From contig NC_086108.1 of NCBI RefSeq assembly GCF_963921235.1, forward strand, positions 77,006,001-77,070,000: DNA of 64,000 bases, written 5' to 3'. Below are positions 25,919 to 39,032 of this stretch, in pieces (the first letter of the stretch is position 1; each line of letters opens with the position of its first letter). Source of the stretch: Mobula hypostoma (Eukaryota). The position numbers were made by a program, and so were the translations under genes. The notes under the pieces were generated by a model, which saw only the letters and a list, made by a program, of their open reading frames with translations, was not told where the DNA came from and ran no database searches.

Positions 25919-27023
25919 ATTTCACGCACATCTGCTGTCACCCCATCCTCCCGCCACCCCACTAGGGATAGGGTTCCCCTTGTCCTCACCTACCACCCCA
26001 CCAGCCTCCGGGTCCAACATATAATTCTCCGTAACTTCCGCCACCTCCAACGGGATCCCACCACCAAGCACATCTTTCCCTCCCCACCCCTCTTCTGCTT
26101 TCCGCAGGGATAGCTCCCTACGCGACTCCATTGTCCATTCGTTCCCCCCCATCCCTTCCCACCAATCTCCCTCCCGGCACTTATCCTTGTAAGCGGAACA
26201 AGTGCTACACGTGCCCTTACACCTCCTCCCTCACCACCATTCACCTAGACAGTCCTTCCAGGTGAGGTGACACTTCACCTGTGAGTTGGCTAGTGTGATA
26301 TACTGCATCCGGTGCTCCCAATGTAGCCTTCTATATATTGGTGAGACCCGATGCAGACTGGGAGACCATTTCGCTGAACACCTACGCTCTGTCCGCCAGA
26401 GAAAGCAGGATCTCCCAGTGGCCACACATTTTAATTCCACGTCCCATTCCCATTCTGCTATGTCTATCCATGGCTCCCCTACTGTCAAAATGAGGCCACA
26501 CTAATGTTGGAGGAACAACACCTTATATTCCGTCTGGGTAGCCTCCAACCTGATGGCATGAACATTGACTTCTCTAACTTCCGTTAATGCCCCTCCTCCT
26601 GTTCTTACCCCATCCCTTTATTTATTTTTTATTTTTTCCTTTTTTTCTCTCTCTGTCCCTCTCACAATAACTCCTTGCTTGCTCTCCATCTTCTTCTGGC
26701 ACTCCCCTCCCCCTTTCTTTCTCCCTAGGCCTCCCGTCCCATGATCCTCTCCCTTCTCCAGCCTTGTATCCCTTTTGCCAATCAACTTTCCAGCTCTTAG
26801 CTCCATCCCCCCCCCTCCTGTCTCCTCCTATCATTTCGGATCTCCCCCTCCCCTTCCCACTTTCAAATCTCTTACTATCTCTTCTTTCATTTAGTCCTGA
26901 TGAAGGGTCTCGGCCTGAAAAATCGACTGTGCTTCTTCCTATGGATGCTGTCTGGCCTGCTGCGTTTTAACAGCATTTTGTGTGTGTTGCTTGAATTTCC
27001 AGCATCTGCAGATTTCCTTGTGA
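25919..27023 (+). mobile_element. Penelope-like element copy A (5'-truncated; GIY-YIG and pLTR)
   Basis: VIYCIRCSQCSLLYIGET...HFNS. 10-bp TSD TGCTCCTCCC at 25909-25918 and 27024-27033. Confidence 0.93.
26893..26928 (+). ncRNA. Hammerhead motif with mutated stem III (probably inactive)
   Basis: AGTC-CTGATGA-AGGGTCTCGGCCT-GAAAAATC-GACT; the ACGT palindrome is lost. Confidence 0.65.
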
Positions 27024-27088
27024 TGCTCCTCCCTGCTATAAACTCCAACTCAATATAGAATACATCTCAACTTAGATTCATACCTATA

Positions 27089-27108
27089 AACAGACAGACA
27101 GACAGACA

Positions 27109-27147
<39 letters not shown>

Positions 27148-27161
27148 ACTTACTTACTTAC
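27089..27161. repeat. Compound microsatellite (CAGA)n(CA)n(CTTA)n
   Basis: Directly visible. Confidence 0.95.
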
Positions 27162-28509
27162 TCTGTTGGGATAATGTCTTTCCTGACTGGTGGGTGGATC
27201 ACTGCTTGGCAGGTGAGACTTGTGACTGTGAAACAATCTCAGGTTCTGGGGTCTCCTTGGTGGTTGTAGGAGTTGACTCTACGACTGCAGGAAGTGGCTT
27301 CAACAGCTCTGGACACCTTTCTTCTTCTCTAGGAATTGATTCTGCTCTTATCAACTGATCGATGTGTTGTCTCCAGATACAACAGTACAATCTCCACTGT
27401 GTAGGAAAGTGGTCCAGTTCTGTCTTAAATCTTGCCAAATACCCACTTTTGATCACCTTTGTAGTCCCCTGCCAGGACTGCTTGTTTAGGTTTGAAATTT
27501 CAAACCTCCTTGTTTTGAGGAGCTTTCAATTTGTCTCAGCTGTTTATCCTGCATACTTCTTCTGAGATTGGGTTTGAGGAGATCCAACCATAAATACAAG
27601 GGATAACCCTTGGTAAGTTGTTGGTGGTGAAGCATGCTGCATTAAGATTTGCAAGGTAGAAATCGGCGCGCTTCTGATTCAGTGTTAGTGTAGTGTGTTC
27701 TACTGACATTGCTTGCACTGTGTTTTTTAGACTATGGACAAACCTTTCTGCTAAGCTAATTGTAGCTGGGTGGTACGATGCAGATGTCTTATTCTTATTC
27801 CAATAGAACATGACTTATTCCATTCATTTCAGGAATGACTGAAAATGTTCTGCAACAAATTGTGGTCCATTGTCACTGAATAAGTGTTCTGGAACATCAG
27901 TCCTTGGAAAAAAGGCTTCTCAACTCATCAATACTGTGTGAGGCAGTAGTGGAAGCTATAGGGAACATTTCTGGCCATTTTGTAGCTGCATCCACTGCTA
28001 CCATAAAATTTGTGCCCATGAATGGTCCGGCAGGGGAATACTGGTCATTCCCAGAGATGTAGAGGCGCTGCTCTTTGATATCTTCAGAGAAAGCTGCTCA
28101 ACCTGCTGATCTTTCCCAGGCCACCAGAGAAAGCACTTTAACCACGCTTAGATGACCAGCATGTAGCTCCTCCAATACTACAACTCTCAGTCCCTTTGTA
28201 AAGCAACCCCCGTCAAGAGCAAGTTCATTCTGGCACTGGTAAAAATGGGGGGAACTGGAGTTTCAGCTGCACATTCCAGCCATTTTGGGTGGATATGTAG
28301 ACCTAGGACAGTGTAGGGTCTTTTCTGGTTTCCCTTTGGATCATCTCTGCTGTAATAGGGAGACTTCTGATATGCGTTAGGGATAGTGTCCTCTTTTATA
28401 AATTTTTCAGGTATTTCTTTTTCCAAGGGTAAATGGGACAATTCCTCAGCATTTTCATGATTAGTCATCCTCTTGAATTTGATCTTATAATTGTATCCTC
28501 CAAGAAATA

Positions 28510-29107
28510 TGAGGGGGTGATTGATAAGTTTGTGGCCTAAGGTAGAAGGAGTCAATTTTAGAAAACCTAGCACATTTATTTTTCAGTGTAGTCCCCTCCT
28601 ACAGCTACACACTTAGTCCAGCAGTCATGGAGCGTATGGATCTTGGACCTCCAGAAAGTGTCCACAGCAGGGGTGATTGATAAGTTCGTGGCCTAAGATA
28701 GAAAGAGATGAGTTATACAGCTGTCATTACATGCACATGCAGGTCAACTCTTTGAGTGATTATGCAGAAAGTTTGAGGTTAATAACTCATTGTCGAGTGT
28801 AGGCTACGAACTTATCAATCACCCCTGATGAGTTATTAACTTCAAACTTTCTGCATAATCACTCAAAGAGTTGAACTGCATGTGCATGTAACGAGAGCCG
28901 TATAACTCATCTCCTTCTGCCCTAGGCCACGAACTTATCAATCACCCCTGCTGTGGACACCTTCTGGAGGTCCAAGATCCGTATGCTCCACGACCTCTGG
29001 ACTAAGTGTGTAGATGTAGGAGGGGACTACGTTGAAAAATAAATGTGCTAGGTTTTCTAAAATTGACTCCTTCTACCTTAGGCCATGAACTGATCAATCA
29101 CCCCTCG
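28510..29107. mobile_element. Mariner-derived fold-back MITE, 598 bp, TA TSD
   Basis: TA|(C/T)GAGGGG(G)TGATTGATAAGTT...TCAATCACCCCTCG|TA with arms of about 280 bp. The right arm reads RMLHDLWTKCVDVGGDYVEK* (mariner C-terminus). Removing it restores the Gypsy frame WAL/FLGGY. Confidence 0.93.
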
Positions 29108-32100
29108 TAGAGCCCACCTCTGCATTGGTACTGTTGCTGTTAGTGGAACATCTTTCTGTGGATTGAAAATGGATACTAGTGGTTGATGATCTGTAGTGAA
29201 GGCAAACTCTTTCCCATACAAGTACTGGTTGAAGCATTTTACATCCCAAACCAGACTGAAGACCTCTCTGTCAACTTGTGAGTAATTTTTCTCTGTAGTA
29301 GTAAGGGAACATGGTGAAAAGGCTATGGATGTTCATTTCCATCACTGATAACATGTGATATGACTGTACCTGTATCATTAGGCCAGGCATTACAGGCAAG
29401 TTTCACTGGACAGTATGGATCATAATGTCTGAGTATAATGTCTGCTGTCGCAATTTCTTCTGCCTTTTGGAAAGCAACCTCACATTGCTTTGTCCATTGC
29501 CATTTCTTCCTAATCTGTAGTAATAGGTTCAAGGAATGGAACACAGTAACCAGGTTTGGCAGGAACCTGTTATAGTATTTGACAGATATTAGAAAGGACT
29601 GCAACTGTGACACGTCCTTTAGCCATGGGGTATTCACCACTGCTTGAATTTTCTCACACACTTGTGTAATCCTTGTGTGTCAATGGTGTGACTACAGTAA
29701 GGGATGCTTGGTTTAAAGAATTCACACTTGTTGCATCATGCTCTGAGTCTATTACCTTTTAATCTTTTTAACACTTGTGAAATTTTGAAGATGTTTCTCA
29801 TCCTTTCCGGTAATAATGATGTCATTCAGGTAACATTGAGTGTGTGGGCAGCCTTACAGCATCTGGTCCATAGTTTTCTGCCAGAGTGCAGGTGCAGATG
29901 CTACTCCAAAAATATGCCCATTATAGCCCTTTGTGTGTTTGTATAGTGAGATACATTTTGAACTCTTCTTCCATCTCCATCTGTAGGTAGGCCTCAACTA
30001 TGTCATCTTTGCGGAAATATTTCCCTCCAGAGGGGTTTGCAAAGATATCCCTTTCAGGGCAGAAGATATTGATCAACTTTCTGTACTGAGTTGATGGTGA
30101 CCTTAAAAATCATCACAGATCCTGACGGACACATTCTCTTGGCTCTGTGATCACCGGTGTTGACCATGGGCACCACTCAACCTTGGAAAGAATTCCTTCA
30201 GTCTCCGTACAATCTAGTACCCTGGCTACTCTATCACAAAGGTATAAGGAACCGGACAGCCTTGTAAAACTTGGGTGTGCCATTTTCATTTAACATTATC
30301 TTACCCTTGATATATTTGAGTTTTCTAATGCTATCCTTGAACACCGCTGTGGCATCATTTAAAACCTTCCTTAATTCGTTTTCAGTTGACTCTTGCAGGA
30401 GATGTGACACGAAACTGGTGGATGGATCTCCACTTAGAAATTGTAGATGTTTCAGGCACTCACATCCCCACAATGCTGGCCCTCCTGTTTTCATCACATA
30501 CAAGCCAAAGTGGCTTATTGGATGTTGTGTTTCACTGTTACGAATATCTTTCCCACAGGAGTTACCTATTCTCCAGTAAAAGTTCTTACTTGGATATCTG
30601 CAGGCTTCAGTTCAATATCTTTGAAATGCAGTTCAAACGCATGTTGTGGAAACTGAATCAGCTGAGCCAGTGTCCAATTGCATTTTAATTAATTTGCTGT
30701 TCACTACAGGTGTAAGCCATATTGCTTGTCTCTCATTAGTGTTCACATTGTAAATCTTAAGGCCGTGTAGTCCTGTGTCATTCTCATCATCATCAGATTT
30801 TTTATCAATAGCATGCAGATTAGTGCTCTTTCTGAAACTGCAATTTGACTTTTAAAAATCTTTTTTATCTTCCCTGTGCAGCCATCTATTTTTGTCTGCC
30901 CAACATGCTGTTTGTATATGTCCTACTTTGTTGCAATTTCTGCAAGAAGCCTGCATTGGTCTGGTGTATGTGAACCACTGCCACGATGGTAACACAATTT
31001 GTTTAGCCAGGCCTGATGTGTACAATTTCGTTCACGCTCACTTTCATTCCTGACTGTAGCTCAATTGCATTTCTGTCTGTTGTTTTCAATGATACAGCAA
31101 TTTCAACTGCGCTTTTAACTATGAGTTGTGCTTCAGTTAGGAGTAATTTTTAATGCTTTTTTTGTAAGATTCCACAAACTAAACGATCTTTCAGTGCATC
31201 ATTAAGCTCATCACTAAACTGACAATGCTCAGACAACTTTTCAATTCAGCCATGTATGCTAAAATGGACTCACCTTCCTTTTGATTCCTCTTATGAAACC
31301 TAAAGCATTCTGCAAACAACAGTGGTTTTGGTTCTAAATGTTTCTGAATTAGTTTCATGATATCAGCAAAGCTCATTTTGGCTGGTTTGGATGGGGCAGT
31401 TAAACTTCTAAGCAAACTGTATGCTTTTCCACATATTACACGCAGCAGAACTGGCACTTACTTTGCATTAGCTATTTCATTTGCTTCAAAATACTGCTCA
31501 GCTCGCTCACTGTAGATATTCCAGTCATTTTTTGTGCAATAGAATGCACCTATCTGTCCAATATAGCCAGCCATTTCTGCTCTTTTAAAAAAATTTATGA
31601 TTATTATCACCCAGTACTCACTTTATGAACCTGTGAATTCACTCATTTTCTGCCTTTTTTAAAAAAAACTTAAATGTCTTTCCCCTCATGCGAAGAAAAA
31701 ATAAGCCTCAATTTTTTTTTATCTTGAACATCTCACTGCGCTTTTTTAAAAACTGGAATGTATCGCTGCACTTCAACAGGTAGGTTGTCATCTTAGTTTC
31801 ATTTAAAGTTTCCTCATCATGTCTGTTATGTTTTGTAACACCAAAAGATACAACTAAGTGCAAGAAAAAGGCAGGAGCCCAGGAGAACGTGTACATTTTA
31901 ATTTTAGTGAGGCATGCACATGTGACAGTGGCTTAATGAAGTATGTAAACAACAAAGAATACTTAACTAAACAATGTATTAACAATATTACTCAAGTATT
32001 ACTGAAATAATAAATACACAACAGCGATTAAACAGCATATAGGGGGGAGATTGAAAATCTGGCTTAGTGGTACCATAACAGCAACCTTTCACTCGGTGTC

Positions 32101-33239
32101 AGCAAGACCAAGGAGCGGACTGTTGACTTCAGGAAGAGGAAACTGGAGGTCCATAAGCCAGGCCTCATCATGGGATCAGAGGTGGAGGGTCAGCAACTTT
32201 AAATTCCTCGGTGTTATTTTAGAGCATCTGTCCTGGGCCTAGCACGGCAGACATAGAAAAGAAAGCACGGCACCACCTCAACTTCCTTAGAAGTTTGCCA
32301 AGACTCAGCAAGGCATCTAAAACTTTAACTAACTTCTGGACAGTATATTGACTGGTTGCATCATGGCCTGGTATGGAAGCATCAATACCCTTGAATGGAA
32401 AATCTTACAAAAAGTAGTGGATATGGCCCAGTCTATCATGGGTAAAACCCTCCCCACCATTGAGCATATCTACATGGGGCAATGTTGTAAGAAAGCAGCA
32501 TCCATCATCAACGACCCCCACCACCCAGGCATGCTCTCTTCTCGTTACTGACATCAGCAAGAAGACACTGGAGCCTCATGACCCCACCATCAGTTTTTGG
32601 AACAGTTATGACCCCTCAACCATCAGGTTCCTCAAACAGAAGGGATAGCTTCACTTGCACCATCACTGAACTGTTCCCACGACCTATGGACTAATTTTCA
32701 ACAGCTCTTCATCTCATGTTCTTGTTAGTTATTGCTTATTTATTTATTATTTAATTTTCTCTTTTGTATTTGCATAGCTTGTTGTATTTAGCAGATTGGT
32801 TGTTTGTCCGTCCTGTTAAGGTGGTCTTTCATTGATTCTATTGTGTTTCTTCGATTTACGGTGTATGCCCTCAGCAAAGCGATTTCAGGGTTGTATATGG
32901 TAAACTATATGTACTTTGATAATAAATTTACTTATTTTGTTTGTTGAGAGCTATAAAAATTCAGGAAGTACAAAGATAAGATATGGAGCTTACAATAACT
33001 GAAATATTGAATGAAAGAACTCTAATACTTTGAAACTTAGTCCTGATTGTTATTCTTAATCTTCTGCTGATTTTAATTATATTGCAATTAACCTTTTTCT
33101 CTCATTATATAAATGATTGACTTTTAACTATGGCATCTTCCTTCTGATTATAGACTACATCTGGATTTCTGAAAGAAATGCATTTAGATTTATTTCTGTT
33201 TTGATGCACAACTGCCAGTGCTCATATGGATGAAAAAAG

Positions 33240-33356
33240 AATATGAAGCGTTATGTGGAAGGGAAGGGTTGGATTGATCTTGGAGTAGGCTGAAAGGTCA
33301 GCACAACATCATGAACCAAAGGACCTGTACTGTGTTGTACTCTCCTATGTTCTATG
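33240..33356 (+). mobile_element. CR1 3' UTR fragment
   Basis: ggtcagcacaacatcatgaaccaaaggacctgtactgtgttgtactctcctatgttctatg. Confidence 0.7.
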
Positions 33357-35098
33357 CATGAGTGAGTCTGGTAATTTGCTTACAGGACTTCACTGAAATT
33401 TAGAAGCCTAGCAAAATGTGCGTTGTATTTTCAATTTTGCCGGTAAGCTTTAGTAATTTCTAGTTCAAAAAAAATAAATTGCATGTGAGCTGCGATACTT
33501 GCTGCCATGGCATCAGTAATCCAATTCTGCATCTCAGTGATTTTATCACTTGACACCTGCTGTTTCTGTAGGTGAATGGGGGAAATACTGTTTAAGTTGA
33601 TTTGGTGTGATTTGATTTTTCCACAAATATGTAACTTCTCATAGTTTCAGGTATTTCTGTTTTCTGTCTCTGTCCCAATGCTAATTATTTTCTACTATTC
33701 TCTGCAGCTTGTCTTGCTCAGTTCCATAATACCAAATTGAGTGCAGCATTCCATTTTCAACTTGACATGTGTATTGAACTGGATCACCAACAAATGAGCA
33801 GTACTTCCATTACATTGAACTTACACTTCCCTGAAGACTTTATGTGGCTTGATTGTCTGATTGAATGTTTGCCCATGACTTGCCTTCAGTTCGATGGGTC
33901 GAGCCAAGGACAAATTCTACACCATCTGTCCATCATTGCACAGAGGGAGGCTACGTGACTCAGCCTTACTTGTTTTGATAATGTGCAATACCTAGCCCTT
34001 CCAGGCGATTGCTGGGCACAACCTTAGAGATATTTCTCCGTTGTTTCCTGTTTTGGTGACGCAGGGAGTGGCTTCGTAACCAGCCCGAGTCCAAATAAGG
34101 ACTTAGCTGAACAACATTACTAAGAGTTTCCATATCAGTCACATGAGAAGAAATATATATTACTTAACCTCTATTATCTACTTTACTGTTTACTAGTCCA
34201 AAAAAATACAATGGCCTTCAATATTCCTCACCATGAAACTATATGCTACATTCCTTCCCAAGTATCTGCTGTATTCTGTCCTGTTATTGCCATATTGTTC
34301 CTCAAATATCTGCAATATTCTGCCTCCACAAAGTCCTTTGAGTGCCATATCCTCCCAGAACTATCTGGTCACAGACCCCCACACTTCCTCCTTCGTAAAA
34401 AGTGAACCATTGATTAGTCTTCATTGCATTTTAGTGTTCTAGCTAACTTCAACTGGTGGGTAGAAAGTGTAACATCAGCAGTTCGCATTTCTGCAGCTTC
34501 AAAAGATCCAGGAATCAGTGTGCTTCACACTCTAATATGCAGTAATTAAGATTCAAGCCATCTGGTACACTTTAATGTGTGTGTGGATTTGTGGGAACAG
34601 AAAAACCATGGCATTTCTCTTCGATCTGTCATATAGTTTAACCAATCAAGCCTCAAAGATTGTCTACAAAGTTTACATATAGAACATAGAATAGTACAGC
34701 ACATTACAGGCCTTTCGGCCCACAATGTTGTGCCGACCCTCAAACCCTGCCTCCCATATAATCCCCCACCTTAAATTCCTCCACATACCTGTCTAATAGT
34801 CTCTTAAATTTCACGAGTGTACCTGCCTCCACCACTGACTCAGGCAGTGCATTCCACGCCCCAACCACTCTCTGAGTGAAAAAACCTTCCTCTAATATCC
34901 CCCTTGAACTTCCCACCCCTTACCTTAAAGCCATGTCCTGTGCTGGCTATACACTCTATCTATTCCTCTTATTATCTTGTACACCTCGGGTATCATGTCT
35001 CCTCTCATCCTCCTTTTCTGCAAAGAGTAAAGCCCTAGCTCCCTTAATCTCTGATCATAATGCATACTCTCTAAACCAGGCAGCTTCCTGGTAAATCT

Positions 35099-37509
35099 TC
35101 AACCCTCCTCTTCTTCATGGACACCCCGCTCTGGTCTTCTGCCTGCTCTGGATCTCTTTATCGCTAACTGCCAACGGGACATCAACCGTCTCGACTTTAC
35201 CGCACCTTGTCCCCATTCCAACCTCACTCCTTCGGAACGCTCTGCTCTCCACTCCCTCCGCACTAATCCTAACCTTATTATTAAACCCGCCGATAAGGGG
35301 GGTGCTGTTGTAGTCTGGCGTACTGACCTCTACCTTGCCGAGGCACAGCGACAACTCGCGGATACCTCCTCTTATTTACCCCTCGATCGTGACCCCACTA
35401 AGGAGCACCAGGCCATTGTCTCCCACACCATCACTGACTTTATCCGCTCAGGGGATCTTCCATCCACTGCTACCAACCTTATAGTTCCCACACCCCGCAC
35501 TTCCCGTTTCTACCTCCTACCCAAGATCCACAAACCTGCCTGTCCTGGCCGACCTATTATCTCAGCTTGCTCCTGCCCCACCGAACTCATTTCTGCATAC
35601 CTCGACACTGTTTTATCACCCCTTGTTCAATCCCTTCCGACCTATGTTCGTGACACTTCTCATGCTCTTAAACTTTTCGATGATTTTAAGTTCCCTGGCC
35701 CCCACCGCTTTATTTTCACCATGGATGTCCAGTCCTTATATACTTCCATCCCCCATCAGGAAGGTCTCAAAGCTCTACGCTTCTTTTTGGATTCCAGACC
35801 TAATCAGTTCCCCTCTACCACCACTCTGCTCCGTCTAGCGGAATTAGTCCTTACTCTTAATAATTTCTCCTTTGGCTCCTCCCACTTCCTCCAAACTAAA
35901 GGTGTAGCTATGGGCACCCGTATGGGTCCTAGCTATGCCTGCCTTTTTGTTGGCTTTGTGGAACAATCTATGTTCCGTACCTATTCTGGTATATGACCCC
36001 ACTTTTCCTTCGCTACATCGACAACTGTATTGGCGCTGCTTCCTGCACGCATGCTGAGCTCGTTGACTTTATTAACTTTGCCTCCAACTTTCACCCTGCC
36101 CTCAAGTTTACCTGGTCCATTTCCGACACCTCCCTCCCCTTTCTAGATCTTTCTGTCTCTGTCTCTGGAGACAGCTTATCCACTGATGTCTACTATAAGC
36201 CTACTGACTCTCACAGCTATCTGGACTATTCCTCTTCTCACCCTGTCTCTTGCGAAAACGCCATCCCCTTCTCGCAATTCCTCCGTCTCCACTGCATCTG
36301 CTCTCAGGATGAGGCTTTTCATTCTAGGACGAAGGAGATGTCTTCCTTTTTTAAAGAAAGGGGCTTCCCTTCCTCCACTATCAACTCTGCTCTTAAAGGC
36401 ATCTCCCCCATTTCACATACATCTGCTCTCACTCCATCCTCCCGCCACCCCACTAGGAATAGGGTTCCCCTGGTCCTCACCTACCACCCCACCAGCCTCC
36501 GGGTCCAACATATTATTCTCCGTAACTTCCGCCACCTCCAACAGGATCCCACCACTAAGCACATCTTTCCCTCCCCCCCTCTGCATTCCGCAGGGATCGC
36601 TCCCTACACAACTCCCTTGTCCATTCGTCCCCCCTATCCCTCCCCACTGATCTCCCTCCTGGCACTTATACGTGTAAGCGGAACAAGTGCTACACATGCC
36701 CTTACACTTCCTCCCTTACCACCATTCAGGGCCCCAAACAGTCCTTCCAGGTGAGGCAACACTTCACCTGTGAGTTGACTGGGGTGATATACTGCGTCCG
36801 GTGCTCCCGATGTGGCCTTTTATATATTGGCGAGACCCAACGCAGACTGGGAGACCGCTTTGCTGAACATCTACGCTCTGTCCGCCAGAGAAAGCAGGAT
36901 CTCCCAGTGGCCACACATTTTAATTCCACATCCCATTCCCATTCTGACATGTCTATCCACGGCCTCCTCTACTGTAAAGATGAAGCCACACTCAGGTTGG
37001 AGGAACAACACCTTATATTCCGTCTGGGTAGCCTCCAACCTGATGGCATGAACATCGACTTCTCTAACTTCCGCTAGGCCCCACCTCCCCCTCGTACCCC
37101 ATCTGTTACTTATTTTTATGCACACATTCTTTCTCTCACTCTCCTTTTTCTCCCTCTGTCCCTCTGAATATACCTCTTGCCCATCCTCTGGGTCCCCCCC
37201 ACCCCCCCTTGTCTTTCTTCCCGGACCTCCTGTTCCATGATCCTTTCGTATCCCCTTTTGCCTATCACCTGTCCAGCTCTTGGCTCTATCCCTCCCCCTC
37301 CTGTCTTCTCCTATCGTTTTGGATCTCCCCCTCCCCCTCCAACTTTCAAATCCCTTACTCACTCTTCCTTCAGTTAGTCCTGACGAAGGGTCTCGGCCTG
37401 AAACGTCGACTGCACCTCTTCCTACAGATGCTGCTTGGCCTGCTGCGTTCACCAGCAACTTTGTGGTGTGTTGCTTGAATTTCCAGCATCTGCAGTATTC
37501 CTGTTGTTT
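35099..37509 (+). mobile_element. Penelope-like element copy B (probably Neptune group): RT, Cys-rich linker, GIY-YIG and pLTR; inactivated
   Basis: IIKPADKGG, FYLLPKIHK, MDVQSLYTSIP, GVAMGTRMGPSYA, RYIDN (YIDD mutated), CKRNKCYTC, VIYC..YIGET. 14-bp TSD TTCCTGGTAAATCT at 35085-35098 and 37510-37523. Stop plus frameshift near 35995 and a frameshift near 36580. Confidence 0.96.
37376..37411 (+). ncRNA. Minimal type I hammerhead ribozyme motif in pLTR (predicted cleavage after 37407)
   Basis: AGTC-CTGACGA-AGGGTCTCGGCCT-GAAAC-GTC-GACT: stem I AGTC/GACT, intact CUGANGA and GAAA core, palindromic ACGT stem III. Confidence 0.85.
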
Positions 37510-38654
37510 TTCCTGGTAAATCTCCTCTGTACCCTTTCCGATGCTTCCACATCCTTCCTATAGTGAGGCGACCAGAGCTGGACACAGTACACCAATTGTG
37601 GCCTAACCAGAGTTTTATAGAGCTGCATCATTACATCACGACTCTTAAACTCTCTCTCTCGACTTATGAAAGCTAACACCCCATAAGCTTTCTTAACTAC
37701 CCTATCTACCTGTGAGGCAACTTTCAGGGATCTGTGGACATGTACCCCCAGATCCCTCTGCTCCTCCACACTTCCAAGTATCCTGCCATTTACTTTGTCC
37801 TCTGCTTTGGAGTTTGTCCTTCCAAAGTGTACCACCTCACACTTCTCCGGGTTGAACTCCATCTGCCACTTCTCAGCCCACTTCTGCATCCTATCAGTGT
37901 CTCTCCGCAATCTTCAACAATCCTCTACTCTATCTACAACACCACCAACCTTTGTGTCGTCTGCAAACTTGCCAACCCACCCCTCTACCCCCACATCCAG
38001 GTCGTTAATAAAAATCACGAAAAGTAGAGGTCCCAGAACCGATCCTTGTGGGACACCACTAGTCACAACCCTCCAATCCGAATGTACTCCCTCCACCAAT
38101 CTTAACTCAATCTTAAACAATATATAGTGAACAAAATGTTCTGAAAAATTCATTTAAGATGGGATGATACAGTAGAATTTTTAAAATTATAATCGTCAAT
38201 GTTAAAGTTTGAAGGAATAACACTTGCAAAACTAAATTTTCAATAATAGAACAGCTGTTTGGCAGCAGTTATGACCTATCATACCATTAAACTCTAGAAA
38301 TAATAAACCCTATTTTTTTCCTATTATATATGTCTCATGAGTAAATGCCAAAACTTCACAAAGTTATGTGACTATCAAGTCAGCCTATGATCTTTCAGTA
38401 TACTGGTGCTTGTGGAGGAGGTGAAGAATTTGTACAGCATCTTCCTGGTTTCCTCGTTAATCCAAGTTGTTGTTAGGTTACAAAATGCAGACCTTTGCAA
38501 ACTACATTGACTTGGCACTGACATTAGTGGTGTCCATATGAAAGATCGTTACAGGTAATCTCTAGGTAACGAATGAGTTCCGTTAACCATATTTCCATTA
38601 TATTGAATTGAATGGCGGCTAAAGCATATAAGACAGAAAAGAACAATTAATAAA

Positions 38655-38780
38655 TACGAGAGGTTCTGCGGATGTTGGAAATCCAGAGTAATCCACAAGA
38701 CCCTGGAGCAACTCAGCTGGCCGGCAGCATCTATGGAGAAGAATAAACAGTTGATGTTTCAGGCTGAGCCCCTTCATCAG
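38655..38780 (-). repeat. Solo Penelope pLTR fragment with probable 17-bp TSD
   Basis: pLTR homology ending at ccttcatcag (CTGATGA on the minus strand), flanked by aaagaacaattaataaa and aaagaacaattactaaa. Confidence 0.75.
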
Positions 38781-39032
38781 AAAGAACAATTACTAAACTT
38801 GGAGAAACAGAGGAAGCTACTTCTGCTATTTGTAGGAATGACTGTATGTACTTAATCAGACTTTTGAATTTAATAATATGGGAGTTTGTATTCTTTATGC
38901 ATTGTTCATAAATCAGGCTTTCTTCACTCAGGAACAGTTGCTTAAGAAAATTATACTGTAAGTTTGTAGAAGGTGATCAACTCCCAAGTTGACACCTATA
39001 GTTTATTGGGCTAGAAATAGCCTTTCACTGTA

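Larger units (their letters stand above)
25674..32023 (-). mobile_element. Degenerate Gypsy LTR retrotransposon (Mag-like gag-pol) with both LTRs
   Basis: LTRs at about 25674-25910 and 31824-32023 (TGTTATG...CACAACA). PPT GGGAGGAG abuts the left LTR. Gag starts near 31574 (MAGYIGQIGAF...WNIYSERAEQYFEANEI; LEPKPLLFAECFRFHKRNQ). RT/RNaseH (LRHYDP..PVKLACNA, WALFLGGYNY) and integrase (SDNGPQF, YHPAT.SLAERFV) remnants are in Gypsy order. Confidence 0.92.
25590..32932 (+). mobile_element. Rex1-like LINE split by the Gypsy provirus (25590-25677 and 32024-32932)
   Basis: The left piece reads LYTYDCEAKHSSNAVFMFADD..GRIKSG and resumes as TAYRGEIENLA after the right LTR. Later ILTGCIMAWYG...LPTIEHIY...INDPHHPG, and tail gtactttgataataaatttactt. 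Confidence 0.85.
34675..38097 (-). mobile_element. CR1 LINE 3' part split by Penelope copy B (34675-35098 and 37510-38097)
   Basis: [43 protein letters not shown]; tail tagaacatagaatagtacagc. Confidence 0.93.

Noticed and set aside
35994..35996. TGA at a Cys-like position in the Penelope RT as selenocysteine (as in Naiad elements)
   Set aside because: It coincides with a frameshift, and YIDD is mutated to YIDN; simple decay explains it.
36871..37519. Long antisense and alternate-frame ORFs over Penelope pLTRs (also 57552-58285 and 63078-63407)
   Set aside because: Shadow frames of pyrimidine-rich repeat sequence, not conserved in length between copies.
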